Shown here piece by piece: positions 33,016 through 45,872 of a stretch of 64,000 bases of DNA; the first letter of the stretch is position 1, and each line of letters opens with the position of its first letter. A program made the position numbers and the translations under genes. The DNA is from Octopus sinensis (lineage: Eukaryota). The DNA lies in the NCBI RefSeq assembly GCF_006345805.1, contig NC_043013.1:5270001-5334000 (forward strand). Direction: 5' to 3'. The notes under the pieces are model-generated. The model saw only the letters and a list, made by a program, of their open reading frames with translations, made no database searches and was not told the DNA's origin.

Positions 33016-33447
33016 TGAAAATTATTTACTGTTTGTGTTTTCTTTGTTTTTCCTTTATAGTAGCCCAAAGTAACGACTGATGGTTGGTGTTTGGTAATTT
33101 TGGCTTTTATTTTTTATTTATCGTACATAATAGACTGTCCAGTCTCTTTCACTCCATCCAGATAATTAGTGTTGACACTCGATTGCTAGGTCCTGGTTTA
33201 CCTGATCTAACAGGTGATTAAGCAGATAGAATAAAGACTGATTGAATTTGCATGTAATATAGACAAATTTATGTATTTTTGTTTAAATCTTTTATTTATG
33301 TTCCTAAGTATATACACATGTGATACTAAATAATTCAACAGTCCTATGCCTAGTTAAGTGATCTCTGCTGCTGAAGTTCAAGTTGCTGGTCAGTTGTGTT
33401 CACTTGTTACTGTGTCTAGCTAATTGCCTGTCCATCAGTTTCTCTCT

Positions 33448-33474
33448 TCATGGATTACAGAGGTAGATTTGAAC
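33448..33474 (-). CDS. Pif-like gene exon 8 (terminal)
   Basis: Strong pyrimidine tract plus CAG acceptor; VQIYLCNP*; AATAAA on the minus strand at 33296-33291. Confidence 0.85.
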   Translation of the reverse strand, partial: VQIYLCNP

Positions 33475-36400
33475 CTGTTAATAAAAGAAAAAGAATTTTA
33501 ATCACACGATGTGGTTTTATTCTGATGGGACTAACAACATACTACCTTTATTGGTAAATTAACCTGCCTGACAGGGGATTCGGTGAGACCAAAGTTGACC
33601 TTTAATCCATTGAAGAATCAATATTGATTTTGGCCTTGACTACATATTTATGGTACTGGTGCTCACAGAATAATGGACAACATTGACCGTTAGATTTGAA
33701 CTTAGAATTAGGAGACACAAAACTACTGCACTACTTTTCCGTCTGCTCTCAGTACTTAAATTTGCCTGATTTGACCATGTTATTCATCGATTAGAACTGG
33801 TCGGTAAGGGGCTTTTGCTGGACTGCTGACCTTTTATATTTATGTCAAGGTAGCCATATAAAATGTACCGCTAAGTTGTTTGGCTCTCTTTAATGACTTC
33901 AGTGACAGAAGGAAGCCATAGTCTTACTTAAGTCTTGTGTTCTTCCATAGGAGACCAACCCTTGTAAAGCAGTACCTTATAGGGGCAGAGGTATTTGCTT
34001 ATATAATAATAATAATGAAATTATTGTATAGTGCTCAGGTGCACCACAACTTGTCAGAAAGTTGGTGCTTGGTACCAAAACTGCCCTGATTCTATGACAA
34101 TAAAATCTTCCTATCAAAATTTATGTTCAAAACACCAGTTTAAAAATGAGTTCATTAAATACAACAAAGTTAAATGCTAAGTTCATTATTTTCAAAATTG
34201 AAACTGTACACAGCAGAAACAGCATAACAAAAATGGTTAAAGAATCAGAAGTTACTAGTAAGCTGAAAGGTAATTCTTTTTAAATTGTCCCCTGCTTGTA
34301 CAAGCAATTATTGGGGTCCTTTGGCAGTAATATATCTTTGATAACATTTATGCCAGTAGGGTGTATAAGATTATTGAAGAAACTCAGAATTAGTAGTAAG
34401 TTGTTATGTGGTGATAATCATTATGACAAATAGGTTAATTGTACAGAAAGAAAAGGCTTACCTCTTTTATTAGACCTGTGAAGCTTGGGAAATGACCACA
34501 TTTACCAACAACAAAACCACTTGGTCTAGGTTCAATTTCACCTGATAGCACATAAAAAGAGAACTTTAGTTTTAGTAAGCACAAACACTTTGTATGTTTA
34601 TATGTAAACAAAAGTTGTTTAGGCAGTAACTTTGAGAAACTTTTTCAAAGTTAGTTATGGTTGTGATAATGAAGCTAGCTTTCGAACCACATGGCTTCAG
34701 GTTCAGTCCCCCTGCTTGGTGCCTTGGTCAAGTGTTTTCTATAGCTCTGAACCAACTGTGTTCTTAGATCTCTGGTAGCTGCAATTCTACAGGTGAGACG
34801 TGGTAATATTTTGGTGAGGCATATGTAGGGTTATGTTGAATTTATACCTTTTGTACACAATGTTTAGTATACTAATAAAGAAAGGGGGCAATTTGAGAAT
34901 GAGTTGTTAAAAAAAAAAATCCTTCACATCCCTTCTGTGGACAATTTTATTAAATTTGACACTTTAGAGACAACAGATCATTTCCATCATATTGAAGATC
35001 TGATGTCACTAAAGTAGGGAAAGATTATTTCCTTCAATTTAGTAGTATGTAAGGTAATTAAGATGTGTGTGCATGTAGTATAGAACTGGTCAATACTGAA
35101 AGCCATGCTATTTTAATTCCCTATGGAGAAATAAACTGGAGACAGTGTGTGGGTGTATTTAACTCTTATCTCTGGGGACAAAAATCTAGGTACACAGGAA
35201 AACTGTTGGGATAATAAATGGCATTGGGGGTGGATAGATTGAGATATTTATGGCACTGGTAACATGCATGTAAATTAACAGGTCAGTTTGTGAATTCAGC
35301 AAAAAGGTAAAGAAAAACTTCCATCATTGATCCAAAGGCTTTTGCAGCTGAGAAAGTTCACAGAATATTTTATATTTCTTTTGAGCATATTTTCTGAAAG
35401 TTTATACTGGAATCACTTTGTGTTTGATTCAAAAATGCATAAAACGAGTAGTGCAAAGTAAAAGAAAGTTTGTTAATATTCTGAGGAATATTTAAAATTT
35501 ACATTTATACCCGCTATTCATGACATGCTCATCAAATTAAGGGCGAAAAACTCGAATTTTCCAAAGTCCTCTCCACTCCCTTAGGAAGGATTTCCCACAA
35601 AATTTTTTATAATTGTAATCTATGCTATTTGAAAGGTATATTATTTAAAAAAAAAAATTAAGGGCGAAAAACTCAGATCATGAATTTTCTGAAGTCCTTT
35701 TCCCCTTCCCCATTGCTTTCTGCACGTTTTTCTTTTCATATTCATTTACTACACATTTTTTGTTTCCAAGTAATATTGTAAACATTAATCAAATTTTGAA
35801 TAACAGAAATTAAATATCACAAGGAGGCATCAGGATTCTAGAAATGATTCAGTAGTGGGGAATGACCAAAAATTGGTTGGGTACCACTGACTGGTAGTAA
35901 ACAAAAGACTTGTTTTGGTGTCCATTCCTGTCCTCCATGCAAGTGTGATTACAAGGTTATTGACCTCATTTGGAAACTGGTGGTAGCAACAGTATCCAGC
36001 TGTAGAAAACTCTGCCCCAACCTATTTCTGTAAATTTTATATATGTATCCTGACACAAGACACTAGGAAGAGCATCTAGCTTAAGAAACCATACCTAAGT
36101 AAATCTCACAATGGGGGAGTAAAGATTATTTGCCAACATAACATGGCAGTCCTGATTTAGGAAAATGTTGCTGTAATTTAGCCCCAGGAAACATCAACTC
36201 CAGCTGGCTATACAACACGATCTGTGTCCTTATATAACCTGGAAATTGCGATACACAGATATTGTTTTGAGCTGAGTGGGGGTGCTAGATTTCCTTGTTC
36301 GAAAATATAAGGACACAGATCGTGTCGTATAGCCAGCTGGAGACCATGTCTCCTGGGGCTAAATTACAGCAACGTTCGTCCTAAACCAGGACTGCCATGT

Positions 36401-39400
36401 TATGCTGGCAAATAATCTTTACTCCATACCTAAGCATGATGCAGTCCACCCACTCAGATTCTACAGAACTATGGTAGTACACACATGCACGTGGAATAAA
36501 AAGAAAAAGAACCAACTAACCTTGCAATGTGACTCTCTCTGATACAGTTTGTCCCAGTTGTGCTTGGAATATTTGACCATCATAATTCAGAGTAAGGTTT
36601 TCCCACTGGTTGGGCTGTTAAAGGAATTAAGAGTGTGACACAATAATAATAAAAAATAAATGTGCACTTTTAAAGCCTGGCCAGGTTCATGGGGCCCAGT
36701 TTCCAGTTTCAATGGCGTATGTGTTCCCCCACAGCTGGACGAGAAGCCAGTCCATTGCAGCATTACTCATTTTTGCCAGCTGAGTGGACTGGAGCAACAT
36801 GAAATGAAGTGTTTTGCTCAAGAACACAATGCGTCACCCGGTCCAGGAATCGAAACCACAATCTTATGATCATGATGCTGACACCCTAACCACTAAGTCA
36901 CACGCCTCCACTGACACAATAATGCTGTCACATAAATAAGACTGGTAACAGTGATGTAATTGTTTGTACTAGGGTCTAGTCGATTATACTGACCCCCAGT
37001 GCTCCACTGGTACTTGAAAAGATGAAGGGCAAAGTCAACCCTGAAATGCTGCTAGGAATTTTGTCTGCTGGAGTTGTGATTCAGCCAGCTCACCATCTTC
37101 TACTATGATGCTTAACGTAACAGCTCTATAGCAGCATAATAGGAGTGGCTGTGTGGTAAGTAACTTGCTAAGCAACCATATGGCATCTTGGGCAAGTGTC
37201 TTCTGCTATAGCCCTGGGTCGACCAATACCTTGTGAGTGGATTTGGAAGACGGAAACTGAAAGAAGCCTGTCGTATATATGTATGTGTTTGTCTCCCTAG
37301 CATTGCTTGACAACCAATGCTGGTGTGTTTACGTCACCTAACGGTTCGGCAAAAGAGACCGATAGAATAAGTACTGGGCTTACAAAGAATAAGTCCCGGG
37401 GTTGATTTGCTCGACTAAAGGCGGTGCTCCAGCATGGCCGCAGTCAAATGACTGAAACAAGTAAAAGAGTAAAGAGTATAGTAACACACTAGCAACATCA
37501 TCATCATCATCTCTCCATGCTGGCATGGGTTGAATGGTTCGGCAGGGAATTATCCAAATTCCAACTGTCTTGTGGTGGCATGGTTTCTATAGCTGGATGC
37601 CATCCATTTAACAGTGTGCTAGGTGCTTCTGACATGACACTGGAACAGGTAGCATTATGATTCTGATATTTGGCACAATGCCAGCAATTTTAGGGTAGGT
37701 ATAGTTGACTAGTTTTTATTTTATCAACACTACAGGTGCAGGAGTGGCTGTGTGGTAAGTTGCTTCTTACCAACCACGTGGTTCCAGGTTCATTCCCCAT
37801 TGCGTGGCACCTTGGGCAAGTGTCTTCTAATATAGCCTCAGGCCGACCAAAGCCTTGTGAGTGGATTTGGTAGACGGAAACTGAAAGAAGCCCATCGTAT
37901 ATATGTATATATCTATGTTTGTCCCCTGAACATCGCTTGACAACCGGTGCTGGTGTGTTTGCGTCCCCGTAACTTAGCGGTTCGGCAAAAGAGACTGATA
38001 GAATAAGTCCTAGGGTTGATTTGCTCGACTAGAGGCAGTGCTCCAGCATGGCCATAGTCAAATGATTGAAACGTAAAAGGATGAAAGGCAAAGACAAAGT
38101 TGAACTCGGAGTGTAAAGTGCCAGACGAAATACTGCTGATCGTGTCCAGTATGCTAACGAAGCTGACAGCTCATTGTTTTAATAGTAATCCTTTAGGCAC
38201 AAGGCCTGAAATTTTGCAGGAAGGGGCCAGTCAATTACATTGACTTCCCCAGTGCTCATCTGGCCCTTATTTCCTCAATCCCGAAACCATGGAAAGCAAA
38301 ACCAAACTCAGAATGTGAAGATGGGTGAAATGCCACTAAGCATTTTGTCTGGCTCACCACTTCCCAATAATATCATAAAATAACATTATCCCTTTATTAT
38401 GGAGATGTACTTGCATAGCAAGTAACCTGATCTGAGATCGTGTGCTGAAACAGAAAACAATTGCAGCATGAAATACGCCATTTAAAAACACACAAAAACT
38501 GTTAGATTCACTTCAATGTTTAAATTTATTTCTCAGTGAACAGGTCGCGGTCTCAAAGCGACGAAACTATTTTGACAAATTAAATTTAAATGTCGAAATG
38601 AATCAAACGTTTCTTGCGTGTTTTTAAATTAACCATTTAGCATTCAGATTAATCTGTCAAATGTAATCCTTATTTATCCACATTGCTTTGAACGAATCCT
38701 GCATCAGCTTATAGCATTGAGATTTTGATGAGGTAACTATTAGTTTTTAGAATAATACTAGCAGCATTGCCCGGGTATGTAAGAGCCCCTAGTAGGCAAC
38801 GACTAATCCCAATCTAGTCCTTTCCCTCTAGGGGACGAAGGCACATGTGTAGGTTGCAATGTCTTCTCTTCACTCGAATACTTCTGTGTATACGATGTTC
38901 CTAGCTGTCCCTTTGGGCGAAAACATGAAAACATCATTGCACCTCCTAACGCTTGAACAGCCCACGTACAGCCCAGAAAATGTGTTTCATATAAAAATCT
39001 TAGATTCTCGACCCCATGTTGAATTTATCGATTTTTTCAGAACTGGGGGAACTTTTCAAAATTTTCGCTGCATTAGTTTTGAATTATGACATTGGGCTTG
39101 GGCTATGTGTGTGTCAAGTTTCATCAGAATCGGTTGAAAGCCGTGGTCAGGGTGAGGGTACAACCTGACAGACACACAGACAGACAAACTGCCGTTTATA
39201 TATAGAGAGATTGTGCGCGATAGGTGTGAGAGGCCACATCTGGCTAGTTTGAATATAAAGCAGGTAGAATATTTACTAAAGGGCTAAAATATTAAATGGT
39301 TATACTGAACTAACACAGTGGTCACTCAGAAATGAGGGTGACTTGTAGTATAGCTTTTGTCATTTGTTTTAGTTGCCTATGTAACCATGGAAACAGACAC

Positions 39401-41731
39401 CTTGCAACTGTTAATCTAACACAACATCCAGTGTGTTTGGTGCAGGAATCGAACCTATAACCTCATGATTGTGAGCTCAGTGCCTGAACCACTAAGCCAT
39501 GTGTCAACAATATTAAAATATCAATACTGTAATAGAATTAAAGATACTTTGTTCCGTATATTATTGAGGCAATTGAATGGGAATGAACTTATATTCACTG
39601 CATCATGTCAAAAGCATTGGTACTGGTGATGTGTATAAAGCACCCAGTACACTCTGTATAGTGGTTGGCATTAGGAAGGGCATCCAGCTGTAGAAGCCAT
39701 GCCAAAACAGACTATTGGAGTCAGGTACCACTCTCTGGCTTGCAAGCTCCTGTCAATCCGTCCAACCCATACCAACATGGAAAACAAACACTGAAAGATG
39801 ATGGTCTCTGCTTCCAGAAATGGTAGGACAATTACCGCATAACAACACTACTATAATTTAAAGCCTTTACCGTATACTTTAGACGAAGGACTTTTGGTTC
39901 AGATTTATTTGTGTCAATCAGCATCAAAACATCCCTTGTTTTCCAGTTGAGAGCCAAAGCCACAGAGCTGGTCTTCTGACGGTTGTATTGGTAACAGTTA
40001 GATATTAAATAGTCAATTTGGTTCCTATGGCTTCCAGTGTCTTTAAACTTGATGTGAATTGTGAGCTTGTTACCAATGCGAGCACCAGAGAAGCGCCAAA
40101 TTTTAATGTGGCTGTCATTATTAAAAACACCTGCTCCTTGTTGCGGATAGACGCCAAACACAGTGAGAGGAAGACCATTCCTTGATTTATCAGCAATTTG
40201 GTCACTGAAGTCCAAGAAGAATTCTGGTTCACATTCTAAAGTAAAACAAATATTATTATCATTAATACATAATTGCAGGAATGGTAATGTGGTTAAGAAG
40301 TTTGCTTCCCAACCACATGGCTTCAGGTTCAGTTTTACTACATGGCACCTTGGGGTGGGGGGCAACCTAAGCCTTGTGAGTGGAAACTCTAGAAGCCTGT
40401 TGAATATATATATGTTTAAGTCACAATATACGCTTTCAAGTAATCTGGTGGTACTCATAAAAGAAGCTCAACGTATCATTGTACAAACCATATAGAATAT
40501 ATACACAGACATGCAGGAAGTAAATAGACACCTTTAAATCTTCAAAATTTCTGACCTAAATGTCTTAATAGGTTTTCAGAAGTGTAGAATTTACAATGTA
40601 ATTATTCTTCTTTATTCCAGGTGCCATTAAATTAAACATTTGCAAAGAGTAACCATACCATGCTCAAAAAATTCAGCAGAACTGTCAGATTTTCAAAGAG
40701 GTTGTATTGTTGGGCAATCTGAGGCTGGTCTTAGCCAGCGAAAAATTGCAGAAAACCTTCAAATTCCTCTTGCTACTGTTAATAGAATTAGAGTGCAATT
40801 CAAAAGCGAAGGAAAAGTATCTATAGATTCTCATCCCAGCCGACCTGGGCCCGCGGAAAGGAAGCTTTGCTGTTTGAAGAGAATTGTGGAAAACAAACCC
40901 CGTTCGAAGGCTTCTGACATTGCAAAACAGCTAGAAGTAAGTCCAAGAACGTGTGTTACATATCTACATAAGCTTGGGTATTATGGATGAGCAACTAGAA
41001 GAAAACCTCTCCTTCAACCAATCAATATCAAATAAAAGATTTTGTAAATTAAAGGTGTCTATTTACTTCCTGCATGTCTGTGTAGATGGACAGATATAGA
41101 TATAGACATATATAGGTAGATATATACTCAGATTTATGTATGTAAGGAAGTTATATACATACACATTCACAAACACACATTCACACACGTACCTATATGC
41201 ATGCACATAGCATATTTTATCCTTGTTTACAAACAGAATTAAGTATGTTCCTACTTACCTGTAACTTCAACAGATCCAATGACGCACTGACATCTAGTGT
41301 GATTATAGATAGTGCCTGCAGAACAAGGTCGAGGTCTCATTCCATGACCAGGGACAAATTCCAGGTAATATCGTCTGTCCTTGTGGAATGGTTTCAGGTG
41401 GCACTCTGTATAATATTACAAGACAACGATTAATTCTTATTGCATTTAGTGGTCACAGCAGGATTACAGTAGTTTAGTAATGAGGGTTGTGTTAGAATGG
41501 ACATGGGAAGACGGGAAAGAAATGAAGCAAGCATGCTCTGTTGAATGTGCTTTTCCATGCTTGCATGGATCGAGCTGAATTTGTTGAGGCACATTCTCTA
41601 TGGCTGGATGCTCTTCCTGTCACCAATGCTCACTCGTTTCCAAGCAAGGTGAGATTTCCCTTTGGTTTTTTTTCCTAGAAGACTGGAAACAAAGACACTC
41701 ATTTACAATCACAGCATGATATTAAAACAAG

Positions 41732-41766
<35 letters not shown>

Positions 41767-42186
41767 TGGCTTCCGTGCCAGAGGCATTTAAAGGGCACCA
41801 TTTGAGCGTGATCGTTACCAGCATCGCCTTACTGGCACCTGTGCCATTGGCATGTGTAAAAAAATTCGAGCAAGGTCATTGCCAGTACCGCCTGACTGGG
41901 CCCCATGCTGGTGGCACGTAAAAGCACCCACTACATTCTCGGGGTGGTTGGTGTTAGGAAGAGCATCAAGCGGTAGAAACTCTGCCAGATCAAGACTGGA
42001 GCCTGGTGCAGCCATCTGGTTTACTAGCCCACAGTCAAACCGTCCAACCCATGCTAGCATGGAAAGCGGACATTAAACGACAATGATGATGATGACACAC
42101 TGTATATATACATACATATACTGTGTGTATCATCATCATCATCATCATTTAACGTCCGCTTTCCATGCTAGCATGGGTTGGACCTG

Positions 42187-42241
<55 letters not shown>

Positions 42242-45200
42242 TGATCGTTACCAGCGTCACTTTACTGGCACTTGTGCCAGTGTGCAAGTGGCACGTAAAA
42301 AAAACACCATTTGGGCGTGGCCATTGCCAGTACTGCCTGACTGGCCCTCGTGCTGGTGGCACGTAAAAAGCACCCACTACACTCTCGGGGTGGTTGGCGT
42401 TAGGAAGAGCATCCAGCTGTAGAAACTCTGCCAGATCAAGATTGGAGCCCGGTGCAGCCATTTGGTTTGCCAGTCCTCAGTCAAATCGTCCAACCCATGC
42501 TAGCATGGAAACGGACGTTAAACGATGATGATGATATATGACGGGCTTCTTTCAGTTTCTGTCAACCAAATCCACTCACAATACTTTGATTAGCCTAAGG
42601 TTATAGTAGAAGGCACTTGCCCAAGAAGCTATGCAGTGAGACTGAACCCAAAACCATACGGTTGAAAGCACATTTCTTACCACACAGCCACACGTGTGTG
42701 TGTGTAAAATGAATATAGAGTTCTCTTACCTGGTGGTACATATGATGATGGCGTGAGTTCCTGCTGTTCTCCAAGAGCCTCATCATTGAAATTACCACTT
42801 ATTTGAAAATCTCTTGAATTCCCATTCGGAACAGCAGAAGGTCTTTCATTTCTTGCATCCATGATTTCATCTTCACCCTGGCCCTTTGAAAGGAATGGTA
42901 AACGTCCCTGAATATTGTGAACTTTTTGGAAACCATCCTCAAAAAGGTTCTTCTTTGCTGTTGTCACTCCCATGCTTTCAACTGGAAAGAAATCCTGTCG
43001 AGTCAAATGTGGAGATTCCTGGACCATTCCATTTTCTTTTGTTCCTGTATTGACACCAGATGGAAGGTTTTGGTTACTATTACCAAATGAAGTTGGTCCA
43101 TTGACCTGAAACTTATATTCTTGTCCAAATCGTTCACGATTAGACCTAACAACAGAATCATTAATCAGATTATCTTGAAAATCTTCATTATTTCTGCCAA
43201 CAGACCCTTTTGCTTTCCCACCCTCAAATACACCTGATGCAGCCACATTATGTTCATTTAAGCTGATTTTGGCATTTTCTGGAAATCTTCCTGATGGATT
43301 GAGTTTTGGTGAGTTTACTGACAATGAAGCCTCTGCTTTAGAACTGCTCTGTTCAGAGTTGACATGGAATCTATTTTCCAAGTTTTGCTCTTTAATGGAT
43401 GAATCTACAGCTTTGACTTTTGCTTTAGCATCTGCAAGATTTTGTCCCTTTTCAAAATCGGTTGTCACCTGAACAGTAGAATCAGTTCGGAGTTCTTTGT
43501 TTTTACCTTCTTGAATGTTTGGTTCCACCAAATTTTCTGATTCTGATAAATAAATGGAATAAACACAATAATTATAAGCCTTTTTTTTTTACTATAGTCA
43601 CAAGACTTGACATTTTGGGAATGGGATGAGACATCGACTCACCCCCACCACCATCCTGCATAACTGGTACTTAATTTATCGACTCTGAAAGAAGGCAAAG
43701 TCGACTCTGGCTGCATTTGAACTTAAAATGTGAAGACAGACAAAATACCACTAAGCATTTCATCCAGTGTGCTAACAATCCTGCTAGCTCGCCGCCTTAA
43801 ACACAATAATAATAATAATAATAATAATAAACACAAAAACACAGTAATAAACTTTTAACAATAGTCATCAATTAAATGATGACGTGTGTGTGCATGCGTG
43901 TAGGTGTGTGTGTGTATGGCTTAGTGGTCAGGGCATTCAGCTCACAATCATAAAGTCACGAAAGTGGTTTCCAGTGGCATGTTGCTTCCTTGAGCAAGAC
44001 ACTTTACTTCACCTTGCTCCAGTCCACTCAGCTGGCAAAAACTAGTTATGTCTGTAATCCAAAGGGCCAGCCTTGTCACACTGATTATGTGCCACACTGA
44101 ATCTCCCTGAGAACTGCATTAACAGTATGTCTGTGGAGTACTCAGCCACTTGCAGGTTAATTTCAAGAGCAATCTGTTCCGCTGATTGGATCAGCTGGAA
44201 CAATTATCATCATAAACAATAGTTTAGTTTAATCAGCTCTTAATCCCTCAGTAGACGTTAATCTATTGATCCATTATACTTACCAGTGTTTAATTCATAG
44301 TAATTCCTCGTTTTACTTGTAACCAAATTGTAATTGCTTCTGTTGAACTTGGATAAATAGCAAATTTCATAAAGTAAATCAAACTCAAAGGAAATGCATG
44401 GCCTGGTTTTGAGACAGAGTTCCGCACACCTGTCTACTGTGTATTGAGAAAAGGCCCCAAGTTGGCCGCTGCCAGGAAGTGTGTAGGAAACAAGGGGTGC
44501 AAAACGGTCAATTCCTGGAAATATATAAAAATATATTGAAGTTAAACTTTAAGAAAAAAATCAAACATGTTAGTATGCCAATGTATGTCTATATATGTGT
44601 GTATGTAGAGGCGCAATGGCCCAGTGGACGGTCATAGAAAAATATTTAGGAAAGACTTCTGCCCATCCACCCCAATTTTCTCTCTTTTTTTTCTTTTTTT
44701 TTTCCAAAAACCCCCATTTTCAGATATGGAGATTCCGGAAAATTGCCAAAAAATCGGCATTTTGAAATTTGGCCCCCCCCCCCGCTTCTATTTCTTCATT
44801 TTTCACTAACCATAACCCTAAATGCAACCCTAACTCTAACTACAAATATTTTTGGAAATTTTTTCAGTATCATTAATCTCCATATTTTTCTCCATATTTT
44901 TTTTTAAAAAGTGGGGGGGGGGGATTTAAAAATGCTGATTTTTGCCAATTTTTTTGCAGATTCATATTCTCTGTAGCCGAAAGTGGGGATTTGTGTAGAA
45001 AAAAAGATTAAATAAAAAAAGTGGGGTTTTTGGTGGGTACAAAATGAAGTCTTGCCAATATTTATTATCTTAAATTAGAATGAAATAAAACATTTTCCAT
45101 TTGTCTAATTCCTATAACCACTCTGTTATTATACTCCCTTTCCTCCTGTCACCAAGCCTAGTATGTGCACTCATCTTGTACCTTTCTGTATCTCACTTTT

Positions 45201-45388
45201 ACTCTTTCTCCTCTATATATAATATAAAGAGTGACTGAAGAGATCAACCTACCTACATTCATATTGGCTTTTATTATATATATTATCATATATGCATGAG
45301 CGCGCACACAAACACAGATACACTCACCTGATAAAGCACTGGTTACACCATAGAACATCAGCAGAATTATTGTCTGAAATGGTTTCAT
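33448..45388 (-). CDS. Secreted 605-aa protein: signal peptide, PAN/apple, low-complexity, chitin-binding-like and LamG/ConA-like modules (Pif-like)
   Basis: Exons 45388-45328, 44514-44284, 43542-42730, 41405-41259, 40235-39871, 36614-36521, 34541-34462, 33474-33448; all GT-AG, phases match, total 1818 nt with no internal stop; domain calls are by motif recognition. Confidence 0.9.
34462..34541 (-). CDS. Pif-like gene exon 7
   Basis: EIEPRPSGFVVGKCGHFPSFTGLIKE; GTAAGC donor. Confidence 0.88.
36117..36424. mobile_element. Foldback MITE, same family as 6924-7226
   Basis: GAGTAAAGATTATTTGCC...GGCAAATAATCTTTACTC. Confidence 0.8.
36521..36614 (-). CDS. Pif-like gene exon 6
   Basis: PNQWENLTLNYDGQIFQAQLGQTVSERVTLQ-G; LamG-type W..(L).YDG motif. 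Confidence 0.88.
37735..38078 (+). mobile_element. tRNA-derived SINE, same family as 12-432
   Basis: Full head to tail; another copy at about 37135-37480. Confidence 0.8.
38529..38579 (+). ncRNA. Hammerhead ribozyme-like motif with G3:C8 core, family F5, copy A
   Basis: TTTCTCA-GTGAACA-G-GTCGC(GGTCTCAAA)GCGAC-GAAA-CTA-TTT/TGACAAA. Confidence 0.6.
38757..39211 (+). mobile_element. Non-autonomous Helitron/Helentron-like element nested in a MITE
   Basis: Starts TACTAGCAGC...CCCGG, ends (ACAG)n-AAACTGCCGTTTATATATAGAGAGAT; resembles Lep1/DINE-type ends (from memory, not searched). Confidence 0.5.
39871..40235 (-). CDS. Pif-like gene exon 5, LamG/ConA-like domain N-part
   Basis: CEPEFFLDFSDQ...GAGVFNNDSHIKIWRFSGARIGNKLTIHIKFK...VLRLKYT; GTAAAG donor at 39870. 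Confidence 0.88.
40504..41082 (+). mobile_element. Internally deleted Tc1-like transposon
   Basis: Perfect 34-bp TIRs (40504-40537, 41049-41082), TA on both sides; HTH region ELSDFQRGCIVG..EAGLSQRKIAENLQIP; no DDE domain. Confidence 0.92.
41259..41405 (-). CDS. Pif-like gene exon 4, reduced chitin-binding type 2-like module
   Basis: CHLKPFHKDRRYYLEFVPGHGMRPRPCSAGTIYNHTRCQCVIGSVEVT; 147 nt, phase 1-1, GTAAGT donor. Confidence 0.85.
42730..43542 (-). CDS. Pif-like gene exon 3, N/S/E/G-rich low-complexity region
   Basis: 813 nt phase 1-1 exon matching ORF 42677-43531; GTAAGA donor. Confidence 0.88.
44284..44514 (-). CDS. Pif-like gene exon 2, PAN/apple domain
   Basis: IDRFAPLVSYTLPG...TVDRCAELCLKTRPCISFEFDLLYEICYLSK...NYYELNT; 231 nt, phase 1-1. 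Confidence 0.88.
44652..45053. mobile_element. Degenerate foldback element with about 140-bp imperfect arms
   Basis: AAGACTTC...AAAATCGGCATTTT...C-run on the left mirrored by G-run...AAAATGCTGATTTT...GAAGTCTT on the right. Confidence 0.5.
45328..45388 (-). CDS. Pif-like gene coding exon 1, signal peptide
   Basis: MKPFQTIILLMFYGVTSALS-G, GTGAGT donor, in-frame stop upstream of the ATG; acceptor at 45435 implies an upstream non-coding exon. Confidence 0.85.
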
Positions 45389-45504
45389 GTTGTTATATGG
45401 CTTGAGTAGATTTCTGTGACCCTATAATGAGGAACTGAAGAAAACATTAAATTTTAGTCATAGAAACAGATACAACAATAACAACATCAACAATAAGATA
45501 CATA

Positions 45505-45872
45505 ACTCTTTTACTTGTTTCAGTCATTTGACTGTGGCCATGCTGGAGCACCGCCTTTAATCTAGCAACTCGACCCCAGGACTTATTCTATCGGTCTCTT
45601 TTGCCGAACCGCTAAGTAACGGGGACATAAACACACCAGCATCGGTTGTCAAGCAATGCTAGGGGGACAAACACAGATACACAAACACACACACACACAT
45701 ACATATATACGACGGGCTTCTTTCAGTTTCCGTCTACCAAATCCACTCACAAGGCTTTGGTCGGCCCGAGGCTATAGTAGAAGACACTTGCCCAAGGTGC
45801 CACGCAGTGGGACTGAACCCGGAACCATGTGGTTGGTTAGCAAGGTACTTACCACACAGCCACTCCTGCGCC
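45505..45872 (-). mobile_element. tRNA-derived SINE, near-consensus copy
   Basis: Reverse complement of the 12-432 family. Confidence 0.85.

Noticed and set aside
40236-40458. N-terminal part of ORF 39832-40458, and its C-terminal VKALNYSSVVMR
   Set aside because: Intronic read-through; the true exon is 40235-39871, defined by splice sites that keep frame with its neighbours.
44806-44840. Telomere-like TAACCC repeats
   Set aside because: Only a few degenerate units inside a foldback element; not an interstitial telomere.
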